Shown: piece by piece, positions 12,358-24,514 of the stretch | Numbering within the stretch: the stretch's first letter is position 1 | How the letters are laid out: each line of letters opens with the position of its first letter | NCBI GenBank assembly: GCA_964016885.1 | Contig: OZ024752.1 | Coordinates: 19,592,001-19,656,000 of the forward strand | Source: Eledone cirrhosa | Taxonomy: Eukaryota | DNA length: 64,000 nt | Reading direction: 5' to 3' | The notes under the pieces: generated by a model | Database searches by the model: none | Seen by the model: the letters and a program-made list of their open reading frames with translations, nothing else | Told to the model about the DNA's origin: nothing | Made by a program: the position numbers and the translations under genes

Positions 12358-14342
12358 CCCTTTAGCATTTATATTACTCTATATTTACTATTGTATTTTT
12401 GCGATAAAGGCTTTACCTGTCACACAATTTATCCCACATATCAAATCTATAAGATTTTAATATTATTTATTTTGAGAACATCATCATCATCATCATCATC
12501 ATCATCATGATCTTCGTTTAACGTCCATCTTCCAGGCTAGCATGGGTTAGACGGGAGTTGCCCACTTGAGGCAAGGTTGGTCGGGTGACCATGTCTCGCT
12601 CATATAGGACTATCTGGCAGGTTTTCTATGGCTGGATGCCCTTCCTAACACCAACCACATTTACAGTGTGGAACTGGGAACTTTTTACCGTGTTACCTAC
12701 ATGGCCACATTACAGCATGGACTGTGTGTGTTTTTTTGTCGTGACACATACACGATATCGATCTCATTTATTTGGACTGGATATTGTGTACCAACTTTAC
12801 AGAGAGAGGGTGGTGTTAGTGGGAGTGGGAGGATAGGGTAGGGGTAGTGGATTGGGGTGTATATTTGGCTAAGAGGTGCCTACTGACTGTAGGTTTCGCT
12901 TTGTACATAGGCAAGGTGGGTCTTCTGTATTACTGCGTAGCACCAAAGATCTCGGTCCAGTGACATTGTCTTAGAGAGGTGCAAGTGTGTAAGGTCAGAA
13001 TTTATCAAATCGTCCCAGATTTTTCTGGGTCTACCTACTCCATAACTACCATCAATTTTGATCGCCCTGCACTTTTTTATACAGCTGTTGTCTTTCATGC
13101 GCATCACGTGACCATACCAACGTAGTCTTCTCTCAAGTAAACAGCATCTGATCCCTCTTATTCCTAATTTCTCAGTTCTTTTATGCTTTGTCGTTCACGT
13201 ATATTACTATTACACATCCAACAGAGCAAGCATGCTTCGTTCCTCTCCAGTCTGCGCTGGTCCTCTGCACACAATGCCCATGTCTCACTGCCATGTAACA
13301 TTGCTGTTCATATGCCGGCATTATACAGTCTTCCTTTCATTTTTAGAGAGAAACCTTTAGCAGCCAATAGTGGTATAAGCTCTCTGAACTTTTTCCATCT
13401 CGTTCTGACTCTGACTACTGTACTTTCTGAGCACCCTCCCCCACTGCTGATTTTGTCACCCAGGTAATGGAAAGTGTCCACTATTTCTATAGAGCCATCT
13501 GGGCAATAGAAGGAGCTACTATCCTGTGGCCACTTGCTACTTATTGCACCTGAGCATTGGCCACATATAAAGTCTACGTTCTTAGATAGTTTACCTGTGA
13601 TCCCACTACATCTTTTATGTACCCATAGTTTGCATTTGGGACATAAAATGGAATTTCTGCCTATTCCTTTCCTACACACTGAGCAAGGCCATTTCCCTGA
13701 GGGCACCTGTGCCCTATTTTCCTTTCTACAAACTAGAACTTTAGTCTTAGACAAGTTAACTTTAAGGCCTTTTGATTCTAGGCCATGCTTCCATGTTTCA
13801 AATTTCTTCTCTAGTTCAGCCATTGATTCAGTTATGAGCGTTAGATCATCTGCGTATAGGAGTTCCCATGGGCAGCTGATCTTAAACTCCTCTGTTATAG
13901 CCTGAAGGGCAATAATAAATAGGAGGGGGATAAGGACAGAGCCTTGATGAACACCAACTTTTACACTAAATCCTTCACAATATTCATTGTTAATTATAAC
14001 CTTATTGACTGTTTCTTTATACATAGCTTGTATAGTTCTCACAAGCCATTCATCAACACCTAGTTTTCTAAGAGCCCACCAGATAATGGAGCAGGGGACT
14101 CTGTCAAAGGCTTTCTGCAGGTCTACAACAGCTAAGTAGAGGGGTTTACTTTTAGCTAGGTACTTCTCCTGTAGTTGTTGTACAAGGAAAAGAGCATCCA
14201 TGATATTTTTACCTGCTACAAACCCAAACTGCATTTCATCTAGATCAATTCGCTACCTTAATATCAGTATGAGTGGCTAGTTACAGCTGGTTTGAACAGA
14301 AAGAGATTCTGGCTGGATATGGCTGGTTTAAATGCTTAAGGC
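12358..14342. mobile_element. Second copy of the same MITE, split by an RTE insertion
   Basis: Left half 12358-12478 and right half ~14262-14342 are both homologous to 11866-12071. Confidence 0.7.
12478..14262 (-). mobile_element. RTE LINE subfamily B, 5'-truncated, inactivated
   Basis: ORF 13308-14234 (YADD, PHD) ends at a premature TGA; 3'UTR and (GAT)n tail. Confidence 0.95.
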
Positions 14343-14865
14343 TTAAAACTGACCTTATGTGTTGAGTTGTGCGATAAGAAACTCACATCACCCCACATAA
14401 TTTATTTACTTTTTTTCTTTAAGAAACTCCTTCTTTCTATGTTTTAAACATAAGAAATTATAATACTGAAAAACAGTTTGCCAAGGTTAGGATTGAGAAT
14501 TAGGGTTTAGGTGAAGGGTTGGGGAGGAGAAGGTTAGGGTTTAGGTGAAGGGTTGGGGAGGAGAAGGTTAGGGTTTAGAATAGGTTTACGTTTTATTGTT
14601 AAAATTAATGGTTTAGGGTTTAGCATCAAGGTGTAGGGTTAGTGTTAGGTCTTAAGAGTCGGGTGTTAGGGTTGGGTTAGTGTTTAGAGTTGTAGTTTTG
14701 GGTAAAGATTTATAGTTAAAGGTTATGGCTGGGCTTGAACAGGGAAGAAGGGAAATGAATAAAAATTGAATTTGTACCAAAACTTACACTCAAATATTTA
14801 AAATAGATATGTTAAAAAATTTTACGACCCCACACACACAGAAAAATAAAGGAATTAAAGAAATT

Positions 14866-15046
14866 AATTGTTTCTACATTTGGCACAAGGCCAGCAATTA
14901 CCCAGTGCATTACTGGTACTTTATTTTATCGACCCCGTAAGGATGAAAGGCAAAGTTAACCTCGGCGAGATTTGAACTCAGATCATAAAGGGACGTAACT
15001 CTATGCTTCAAAGCATGGTGTCCGACTCTCTACCAATAATGCCAAT
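14866..15046 (-). mobile_element. SINE family 1
   Basis: Reverse complement of family 1, ~55 bp from the exon donor. Confidence 0.9.
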
Positions 15047-15103
15047 CCACCGCCCTGGATTGGCATTATTAGGAATTAAAGAAATTAATGTAAGTGTACT
15101 TAC

Positions 15104-15249
15104 TTGAAAGTTTGCGACAATGCTAACACCTGCAGCTGCTAGAAGTCCAATTCCAAATGCAAATTTATTAAAAACCAGTAAAAGTCTTCTTCCCGATGAT
15201 TGATACATTTCATCAACCTGCCGAAATCTTATATACAGCGTCATTCCAA
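15104..15249 (-). CDS. Internal exon of a DRAM/TMEM150-family gene
   Basis: ttttcttctAG acceptor (15250-15251), GTAAGT donor (15098-15103); 146 nt; GMTLYIRFRQV...NKFAFGIGLLAAAGVSIVANFQ matches the DRAM TIYVRYKQV...NK...GLSIVANFQ motif. Confidence 0.9.
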
Positions 15250-15310
15250 CTAGAAGAAAATTAGATGTATATAAATATATGTATGTATATAAACACATAT
15301 ATATATAAAA

Positions 15311-15314
15311 TAGC

Positions 15315-15373
<59 letters not shown>

Positions 15374-15455
15374 CAGTAGTACTAGCAGTAGTAGTAGTAG
15401 TCGTAGTAGTAGTAGTAGTATTAGTAGTAATAGTAATAGTCGTAGTAATAGTAAT
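15311..15455. repeat. (AGT)n microsatellite
   Basis: Direct reading. Confidence 0.95.
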
Positions 15456-15504
15456 TTGGTAAAGAAATCCATGGGTGTAGTTTTAATATATTATTAACTT
15501 ATAT

Positions 15505-15693
15505 ATCATCATCATCATTGTTTAACGTCTATCTAGCATGGGTTAGACGGGTCCCATTTAGAGGCAAGTTGGGTCAGGTGACCGTGTCTTGCTCATATAG
15601 GACCATCTGGCAGGTTTTCTACGGCTGGATGCCCTTCCTAACACCAACCACATTTACAGTGTGAACTGGGAGCTTTTTACCGTGTTACCTACA
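15505..15693 (-). mobile_element. RTE 3'UTR fragment
   Basis: Homologous to 12480-12700. Confidence 0.8.
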
Positions 15694-15730
15694 CAAACAT
15701 ATATATATATGTATATATATATATATGTAT

Positions 15731-15775
<45 letters not shown>

Positions 15776-15777
15776 TA

Positions 15778-16472
15778 TCATCATCATCATCATCATCAAC
15801 GTTTAACGTCCGTGTTCCACGCTTGCATGGGTTTGGACGGGGGTAGTCCCACTTGAGGCAAGAGTGATTGTCTTGCTCGCATAGGACTGTCTGGCAGGTT
15901 TTCTACAGTTGGATGCCCTTCCTAACACCAACCACATTTACAGTGTGGGTCTGGGAGGTTTTTACCGTGTTGCCTACACGGCCACATTACAGCGTGGACT
16001 GTGTGTTTTTTGTCGTGACACCTACACGATCTCATTTGTTTCGGCCTCGATGGCGCGGCACCAACATAACTTTACATAGAACGGGGTGGTGTGGATGGGG
16101 TAGGGGTGGTGGTGGTGGGACGGGGTGTATTTTGTTAGAGATGCCTACTGGCTGGAGTAGGTTTTACTATATATTTAGGTAAGGCGGGTCTTCTCTGTTA
16201 CTGAGTACCGCCAAAGGTCTCGGTCCAGTGACATTGTCTTGGAGAGGTGTAAGTGTGTGATGTCGGAGTTTATCAGCTCGTCCCAGGTTTTTCTAGGTCT
16301 GCCTATTCCGTGACTACCGTCTATCTTTATTGCCCTGCACTTTGTTATACAGCTATCGACTTTCATGCGCATCACGTGTCCATACCAACGTAGCCTTCTC
16401 TCGAGTAAACAACATCTGATCCCTCTTATCTCTAATTTTTTCCTTAGTTCGTTTATGCTTTGCCGTTCACGT
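15778..16472 (-). mobile_element. RTE subfamily A, 5'-truncated
   Basis: Near-identical to 1154-1845; flanked by (TA)n. Confidence 0.95.
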
Positions 16473-16475
16473 ATA

Positions 16476-16506
<31 letters not shown>

Positions 16507-16507
<1 letters not shown>

Positions 16508-17767
16508 AGACTAAAGTTCTAGTATGTAGGAAGGAAAATAGGGCACAGGTCCCCTCTGGGAAATGGCCATGCTCAGTGTGTAGGAAAGGAATAAGCAGAA
16601 ATTCCATTTTATGTCCCAAATGCAAAGTATGGGTGCATAAAAGATGTAGTGGGATCACAGGTAAGCTATCTAAGAACATAGATTTTATATGTGGCCGGTG
16701 CTCAGGTGCAATAAGTAGCAAGTGGCCACAGGATAGTAGCTCCTTCTATTGCCCAGATGGCTCTATAGAAATAGTGGACACTTTCCATTACCTGGGTGAC
16801 AAAATCAGCAGTGGGGGAGGGTGCTCAGAAAGTACAGTAGTCAGAGTCAGAACGAGATGGAAAAAGTTCAGAGAGCTTATACCACTATTGGCTGCTAAAG
16901 GTTTCTCTCTAAAAATGAAAGGAAGACTGTATAATGCCGGCATATGAACAGCAATGTTACATGGCAGTGAGACATGGGCATTGTGTGCAGAGGATATACG
17001 CAGACTAGAGAGGAACGAAGCATGCTTGCTCTGTTGGATGTGTAATAGTAATATACGTAAATGGCAAAGCATAAATGAACTAAGTGAGAAATTAGGTGTA
17101 AGAGGGATCAGATGCTGTTTACTTGAGTGAAGACTACGTTGGTATGGTCACGTAATGCACATGAAAGACAACAGTTGTATAAAAAAGTGCAGAACGATCA
17201 AAATAGATGGTAGCTACGGAGTAGGCAGACCCAGAAAAACCTGGGACAACATGATAAATTCTGACCTTACATACTTACACCTCTCCAAGACAATGTCACT
17301 GGACCAAGATCTTTGGCGCTATGCAGTAATACAGAAGACCCACCTTGCCTAAGTACAAAGCGAAACCTACAGTCAGTAGGCACCTCTTAATCAAATATAC
17401 CCCCCCTCCCACACACACACACACAAACACACAACCCCAACTCCCCCACGCCGCCCCAATCAACACCATCCCTTTCTCTGTAAAGTTATGTTGGTACCAT
17501 AACATCCAGTCCTAAATATATGAGGTTGTGTAGGTGTCACAACAAAACAAAACACAGTCTACGCTGTAATGTGGCCGTGTAGGTAACACGGTAAAAACCT
17601 CCCAGTCCACACTATAAACGTGGTTGGTGTTAGGAAGGGCATCCAGCCGTAGAAAACCTGCCAGACAGTCCTATGAGCAAGACGAACAATCTTACCTCAA
17701 GTGGGACAATTCCCGTCTAAAGCCATGCTAGCGTGGAAGATAGACGTTAAACGATGATCATGATGAT
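16507..17767 (+). mobile_element. RTE subfamily B, 5'-truncated
   Basis: PHD and RT C-terminus with stops, 3'UTR, GAT tail; head-to-head with the previous copy across (TA)n. Confidence 0.95.
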
Positions 17768-17778
17768 ATATATGTATA

Positions 17779-17955
17779 TCATCATTATCATCATCGTTTA
17801 ACGTCCATGTTCCACGCTTGCATGGGTTTGGACGGGAGTTTTCCCACTTGAGGCAAGAGTGGTTGTCCTGCTCGCATAGGACTGTCTGGCGGGTTTTCTA
17901 CAGCTGGATGCCCTTCCTAACACCAACCACATTTCCAGTGTGGACCACATTTACA
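17779..17955 (-). mobile_element. RTE 3'UTR fragment
   Basis: Matches the 30920-31100 region. Confidence 0.85.
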
Positions 17956-18025
17956 TATGTATATATATATATGTATATATCAATGATATTAATAAATGGA
18001 AACTATATTTATAAAACCATATTTA

Positions 18026-18082
18026 TTCTATTATATATATTTCAAGGGTACCAAAACTTTGGTACACTGTTATCAGATAAAA
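18026..18082 (-). ncRNA. Decayed hammerhead (core CTGATAA), same family as 50932-50988
   Basis: Same stem II GTACCA/TGGTAC and GAAA-TATATA-TA; G8A change is uncompensated. Confidence 0.55.
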
Positions 18083-18618
18083 TACAAAGTTTGTTTTATA
18101 AATATTGACATATCCAGGAATGAGACCTTAACGGTTTAAGTTTCACCTGGATAGAGAGAAAAAGGAAAGAGAGAAAAAGGGAAAAAGGGGAAGAGAGGAA
18201 AAAACAAATATTTCAAATTATTTTGATGAATATGCAAATAAGGTTGAGGTGTAGGGCTGAAAAAAACGTTATTTTTAGACGCTAGGTAGATTTAAATAAT
18301 TATTAGGATATATATATATGTATATATAAGAAGAAGAAAGAAAGAAAAGCTTGTATTTATATTACAGTTTACGTGAATTTAAAAAGATTGAAACGTTAAA
18401 AATTAAAAGTTTGTTGGAGTGGTGGAATATCAATCCAGAATTTAAAAAATATTTAGCTAAAATCATGAATTATATTATATATATAATCATTACAATTAGA
18501 TTATATGAAGAATTATGGTTGTAAGTACATTTTATCTTATTATATTACAACAGGTTGTAATTATATAAATATCTATATAGATTAATAAGTGTATAAATAT
18601 AAATATTATTGGTGATTA

Positions 18619-18753
18619 TATAGATATAAAACAGACGCATCGGTTTATTTTCTTGACATATTGTCCAGGCATGCAGTTTTTCCACGATTAGGTCTGTTGG
18701 CGGCCCACGTTCCAAAATACCTTATCCCGTGCAACGCCGGGTACCACTGCTAG
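18619..18753 (+). mobile_element. Short Helitron-like element (3' end)
   Basis: CCCG-tgcaacgc-CGGG hairpin followed by terminal CTAG|T; 5' boundary uncertain. Confidence 0.55.
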
Positions 18754-19152
18754 TATAGATATAAAACACATATATTAATTTGTTTACATTTCTAATATGA
18801 GTTACGAAGGATGTTGATTTTACATTTTAAATATATATTTAAGAAAAATATGTAGTTCAAATTATAAGAGAAGAACAATTTGTAGATTCAAATCGTTTCA
18901 TAAATAATTGAAAATATTTACAGAACATTATTAATTTGGCGAAATTACATAGAATTTAACATACAAGTTATGCCTATGTTTGCTCAATTGTAAAGGAAAA
19001 GATAACTCCAATATTATTTGTTAAACTATTAATATATAGTTTCCATTTATTAATATCGTTGATATTATACTCCAGAAAATCTGTTGAGTTCTTCGAATCT
19101 GTTATAAATATTTTTGTTGAATTACCAACAAATTAAATATCCGTTTGCTTGT

Positions 19153-19440
<288 letters not shown>

Positions 19441-19556
19441 AAATAAACATATGAAACAATCACAGGGAATAATTTGTAAAGAATGTAAGCACACATAACT
19501 AGGTAGGTAACTAATTATATATATATATATATATATTTATTAAAATAACAGATTAA

Positions 19557-19607
19557 AGTTTAAGCAAAGAATCGCTGCTTTCACCCTTAACGGGATCTTC
19601 TGAAACT
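19557..19607 (-). ncRNA. Hammerhead with U4A change (CAGAAGA) in a Penelope-type remnant (~19535-20015)
   Basis: AGTTT-CAGAAGA-TCCC/GGGT-GAAA-GCA..TGC-TT-AAACT; same family as the hairpin at 35185-35297. Confidence 0.6.
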
Positions 19608-20160
19608 AACAAAGTCAATCTGTGAACGCAGAAGTGGATATTTCAAAAAACGTTGCAACCGGAGGAAGACAGGAAGACGATACTTTGGTTCGTGGAAACG
19701 TTCCCTGGCAATGAACGGAAAAAACGAAGATAATACGTCATGTGTGGAGCATGGAGAACAATTGCACGCAAAGACAAAACCACGTTTATGGTATAAAAGA
19801 AGTCGTAGACTAATGTTCTCTTAGGTGGTTCATAGAGACGTTCTCTGGCAATGAATGGAAAAAACGAAGATAATACGTCATGTGTGGAGCGTGGAGAACA
19901 ATTGCACGCAAAGACAAAACCACGTAAATGGTATAGCAGAAGTCGTAGACTAAAGTTCTAACTAGGAAACCGAATGATTCTCGGCTTCAGAGTTAAGAAT
20001 AAAGTAAATAAATACACATATATATATATGTATGTATGTATATATGTATATGTATATATATGTATATGTATATATATGTATGTAAGTATGTATCAGCCGT
20101 ACTAAGAGTGAGAAATGAAATTTCATTTCATTCTTTTCCATTTATATATATATGTATATC

Positions 20161-20191
<31 letters not shown>

Positions 20192-20204
20192 GTGTATATA
20201 TATA

Positions 20205-20253
<49 letters not shown>

Positions 20254-20299
20254 ATATATATATATGTGTGTGTATATATATATATATGTATGTATATAT

Positions 20300-20562
20300 C
20301 AAGGGCGAAGGGTGCGTGCATGCGCTATAGAATCTTGAGTTGATCAATTGCGTCGGTTGAAGCAAGCAGAATTTTGGCTGCTTACTAAATCGTAGACACA
20401 GAAAAAGATAACACACACACACAAGATAACGCTACAAGCGGCTTTGACCAGGAGGGCCATTTAGAGGGAATTGGAGAGGGGGAGGGGTAAGGCTGCGCAG
20501 CCCCACTTTCCGCCATGGCGATGGACTGCATGCCCTACTTTCCAGGTTACCCTTCGCCACTG
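20300..20562. mobile_element. hAT-like MITE
   Basis: TIRs CAAGGGCGAAGGGT / ACCCTTCGCCACTG; GTATATAT on both flanks (8-bp TSD, although low complexity). Confidence 0.7.
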
Positions 20563-20607
20563 GTATATATATATATATATATGTATGTATATATATATAT
20601 ATGTATG

Positions 20608-20638
<31 letters not shown>

Positions 20639-20652
20639 GTATATATATATAT

Positions 20653-22961
20653 GAGGAAAGAAAGTTCAAGCATGTTCTACAACGCGATGACCAAAAACGT
20701 GAGGTGTTCAGGATTGCTAGGCAATGCGTCAAGGAAAACCGTGATATTGTCGGGGAGAAGTGTGTACTAAACGACGATGGCACACTTGCCATCACCGACG
20801 CTGATAAGAAGGTAGCTTGGAAGTGTCACTATGAAAGGCTTCTAAATGAGGAGAATAATTGGGAGAAAGGCAGTCTCCCCCATATCGACCCAATAGAGGG
20901 ACCAGCAGTGTTAGTCGAGGGGAGTATAATAAGTAAGGCAATCAAGGATATGAAGACTGGTAAGGCGGCTGGGCCTTCGGAAATAGTTGCTGAGATGCTG
21001 AAGGCATCTGGCACGGTGGGACACACCATGGTCACCCGCATAGTTAACCAAGTCGTACAAAACGGGGTTGTTCCGAAGGACTGGCATAGCAGCATCATCG
21101 TTAACTGTTATAAGGGTAAAGGAGACGCCCTAGATAGGAGTAACTATAGAGGCATTAAATTAATCGACCAGGTCATGAAGGTCACGGAAAGAGTAATAGC
21201 GCAACTAATCAGAGAGAGAATTGACCTAGATGAAATGCAGTTCGGGTTTGTGTCAGGCAAAAGTACCACAGACGCTCTTTTCATAGTACGACAACTACAA
21301 GAGAAGTACCTAGCTAAAGGTAAACCCCTCTACTTAGCTTTTGTCGACTTGGAGAAAGCCTTCGACAGAGTCCCCCGCTCCATTATCTGGTGGGCTCTTA
21401 GAAAACTAGGCGTTGACGAATGGCTTGTGAGGGCTATACAAGCCATGTATAAAGAAACAGTCAGCAAGGTTAGAATTAACAACGAATATAGTGAAGAGTT
21501 TAGCGTAAAAGTCGGCGTCCATCAGGGCTCTGTTCTCAGTCCACTACTATTTATTATTGCCCTTCAGGCCATAACAGAGGAGTTCAAGACAGGCTGCCCA
21601 TGGGAACTCCTATACGCAGACGACCTGACACTCATAGCGGAATCAATGGCCGAGCTAGAGAAGAAATTCCAAACATGGAAGCACGGCCTAGAGTCAAAAG
21701 GACTTAAAATTAACCTGGCTAAGACCAAAGTACTAGTTTGTAGGAAAGAAAACAAGGCGGCGGTCCCTTCTGGGAAATGGTCGTGCTCGGTGTGTAGGAA
21801 AGGCGTAGGTAGAAACTCCATTTTATGTCCTAAATGCAAAGTATGGGTGCATAAAAGATGTAGTGGGATCACAGGTAGGCTAACTAAGAACATAGATTTT
21901 ACATGTGGCCGGTGCTCTGGTGCAATAAGTAGCAGCAAGTGCCCACAAACTACTAGCTCTTTCAATTGCGCAGAGGGTTCTATAGAAATAGTGGACAGCT
22001 TCCGTTACCTGGGCGATAAAATCAGCAGTGGGGGAGGGTGCTCTGAAAGTACTGTAGCTAGAGTCAGAACTGGTTGGAAAAAGTTCAGAGAGCTTATACC
22101 ACTATTAGCTGCTAAAGGGTTCTCACTAAAAATGAAAGGCAGGTTGTACGATGCCTGCATACGAACAGCAATGCTGCATGGCAGTGAGACCTGGGCATTG
22201 TGTGCAGAGGATATACGCAGACTAGAGAGGAACGAAGCTTGCATGCTCCGCTGGATGTGTAACAGTAATATACGTGAACGGCAAAGCATAAACGAACTAA
22301 GGAATAAATTAGAGATAAGAGGGATCAGATGTTGTTTACTCGAGAGAAGGCTACGTTGGTATGGACACGTGATGCGCATGAAAGTCGATAGCTGTATAAC
22401 AAAGTGCAGGGCAATAAAGATAGACGGTAGTCACGGAATAGGCAGACCTAGAAAAACCTGGGACGAGCTGATAAACTCCGACATCACACACTTACACCTC
22501 TCCAAGACAATGTCACTGGACCGAGACCTTTGGCGGTACTCAGTAACAGAGAAGACCCGCCTTACCTAAATATATAGTAAAACCTACTCCAGCCAGTAGG
22601 CATCTCTAACAAATACACCCCGTCCCACCACCCCCACCCGATCCACACCACCCCGTTCTATGTAAAGTTATGTTGGTGCCGCGCCATCGAGGCCGAAACA
22701 AATGAGATCGTGTAGGTGTCACGACAAAAAAACACACAGTCCACGCTGTAATGTGGCCGTGTAGGCAACACGGTAAAAACCTCCCAGACCCACACTGTAA
22801 ATGTGGTTGGTGTTAGGAAGGGCATCCAACTGTAGAAAACCTGCCAGACAGTCCTATGCGAGCAAGACAATCACTCTTGCCTCAAGTGGGACTACCCCCG
22901 TCCAAACCCATGCAAGCGTGGAACACGGACGTTAAACGTTGATGATGATGATGATGATGAT
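20653..22961 (+). mobile_element. RTE subfamily A, 5'-truncated but with an uninterrupted RT frame
   Basis: Open frame to 22569: NYRGIKL, DLEKAFD, QGSVLSP, YADD, PHD, FRYLG; 3'UTR; (GAT)n; (TA)n on both sides. Confidence 0.97.
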
Positions 22962-22992
22962 GTATGTATATATATATATATATATATGTATG

Positions 22993-23047
<55 letters not shown>

Positions 23048-23104
23048 ATATATATATATGTATGTATATATATATATGTGTATGTATATATATATATTTT
23101 TTTT

Positions 23105-24030
23105 TTGTCCTGCAGGGTGTCCAAAATCACCCTCCTCACCAAGTAAACTTGGTGGGGTTGCCGGTTTAGTCGCTGACGACCCGACCCGACAAAGGGCGGA
23201 AGATCTCACAAGAGTCAATGGCCATCCAAAAGTGTGTAAATATGTATATACACATGTACATATGTATGTATATGTATATGTGTATATACATGGGTGCATG
23301 TGTATGTACATGCGCGGGGACATAGAAATAATCGGGCTGGACACTCGATCGCGCGGTTAAACCACTGGGAGTGAAGGACCCCTAGCCTTTGTCAGGGCAT
23401 TCTTCTAGGAGAAGGCAACTCAGGAAACTGGGATAACTCCGATATAAAACCTGCGGCTCAGTAGTTACCGATGATGTTGATATTTTCTTCTTTTCGGGTT
23501 ATAGCTACTGTCGCTCAGAGAGTGGGATTGGCTCAGTGCACAGTCTTTCCTCATTTAAAAAAATATCTTCATGCACAGGCATTGCATGATAGAATTAATT
23601 AATAATTATTAATAATGGTATATCGTGCAATGGCCATACTCGATAACGAGGGGGCAGCCATCATATATATATATATGTATGTATATATATATATATGTAT
23701 GTATATATATATATATGTATGTATATATACTTTTTGGTAAATATCATCTTGGTTAAGAGAGTGGGACTGGCTCTGTGCAATGCCTTTGCTCACTATAAAA
23801 GCTTCATGGCACAGGCATTGCTTTATATCTGGAGATCTCTCTGCACTTGTCACATGGTACCATGGGCCCAGCACTATGTGTCAATAATTGTCACAGGTGT
23901 AGTGTTTGTACCAGAGTTATCAAGTCGCTGGCTGGACTCAAAAGTCACACTCGTTCAGCGCATCGGTAGGGGTTCTCCTACATGGATATAAAGTAGTGGC
24001 CGTACTCGAAAACGAGTTGGCAGCCACCAT
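23105..24030 (+). mobile_element. Fragments of a non-autonomous ~600-bp repeat family (probably RTE-mobilised)
   Basis: Homologous to 28335-28900, 44200-44810 and 53433-54042; contains CTAGGAGAAGG..AACTC; orientation is mixed (23105-23200 is inverted relative to the rest). Confidence 0.7.
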
Positions 24031-24035
24031 GTATG

Positions 24036-24068
<33 letters not shown>

Positions 24069-24115
24069 GTATGTATATATGTATATATATATATATGTGT
24101 ATGTGTATATATATG

Positions 24116-24146
<31 letters not shown>

Positions 24147-24280
24147 ATATATATGTATATATATATATGTATGTATATATATATATGTATATATATATGT
24201 ATATGTGTATGTATATATATATATATATAGAATAAGGAAAAGCGAAGTAGTTTCAGATGTTCAAGTCCTTTAATAATAAT

Positions 24281-24426
24281 TGTTTCTACTATTGGCACAA
24301 GGCCAGCAATTACCCCAGTACATTACTGGTACTTTATTTTATCGACCCCGTAAGGATGAAAGGCAAAGTTAACCTCAGCGGGATTTGAACTCAGATCATA
24401 AAGGGACGTAACTCTATGCTAGAAAG
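24281..24426 (-). mobile_element. SINE family 1 inserted into the pLTR
   Basis: 14-bp TSD CCTTTAATAATAAT (24267-24280, 24427-24440); the empty site is visible at ~25752. Confidence 0.92.
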
Positions 24427-24440
24427 CCTTTAATAATAAT

Positions 24441-24514
24441 GCTGTGATATATATTTCAATGGCGAAAGTGGCCACACTCTTCCGTGCGTCAGTCTCGCGA
24501 CATCGTCAGACAGC
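24441..24514 (-). ncRNA. Type I hammerhead ribozyme
   Basis: GCTGT-CTGACGA-(long imperfect stem II)-GAAA-TATATA-TC-ACAGC. Confidence 0.75.

Noticed and set aside
20515-20652. N-terminus of the 684-aa ORF as a real start
   Set aside because: Chance read-through from the MITE and TA repeat into a 5'-truncated LINE
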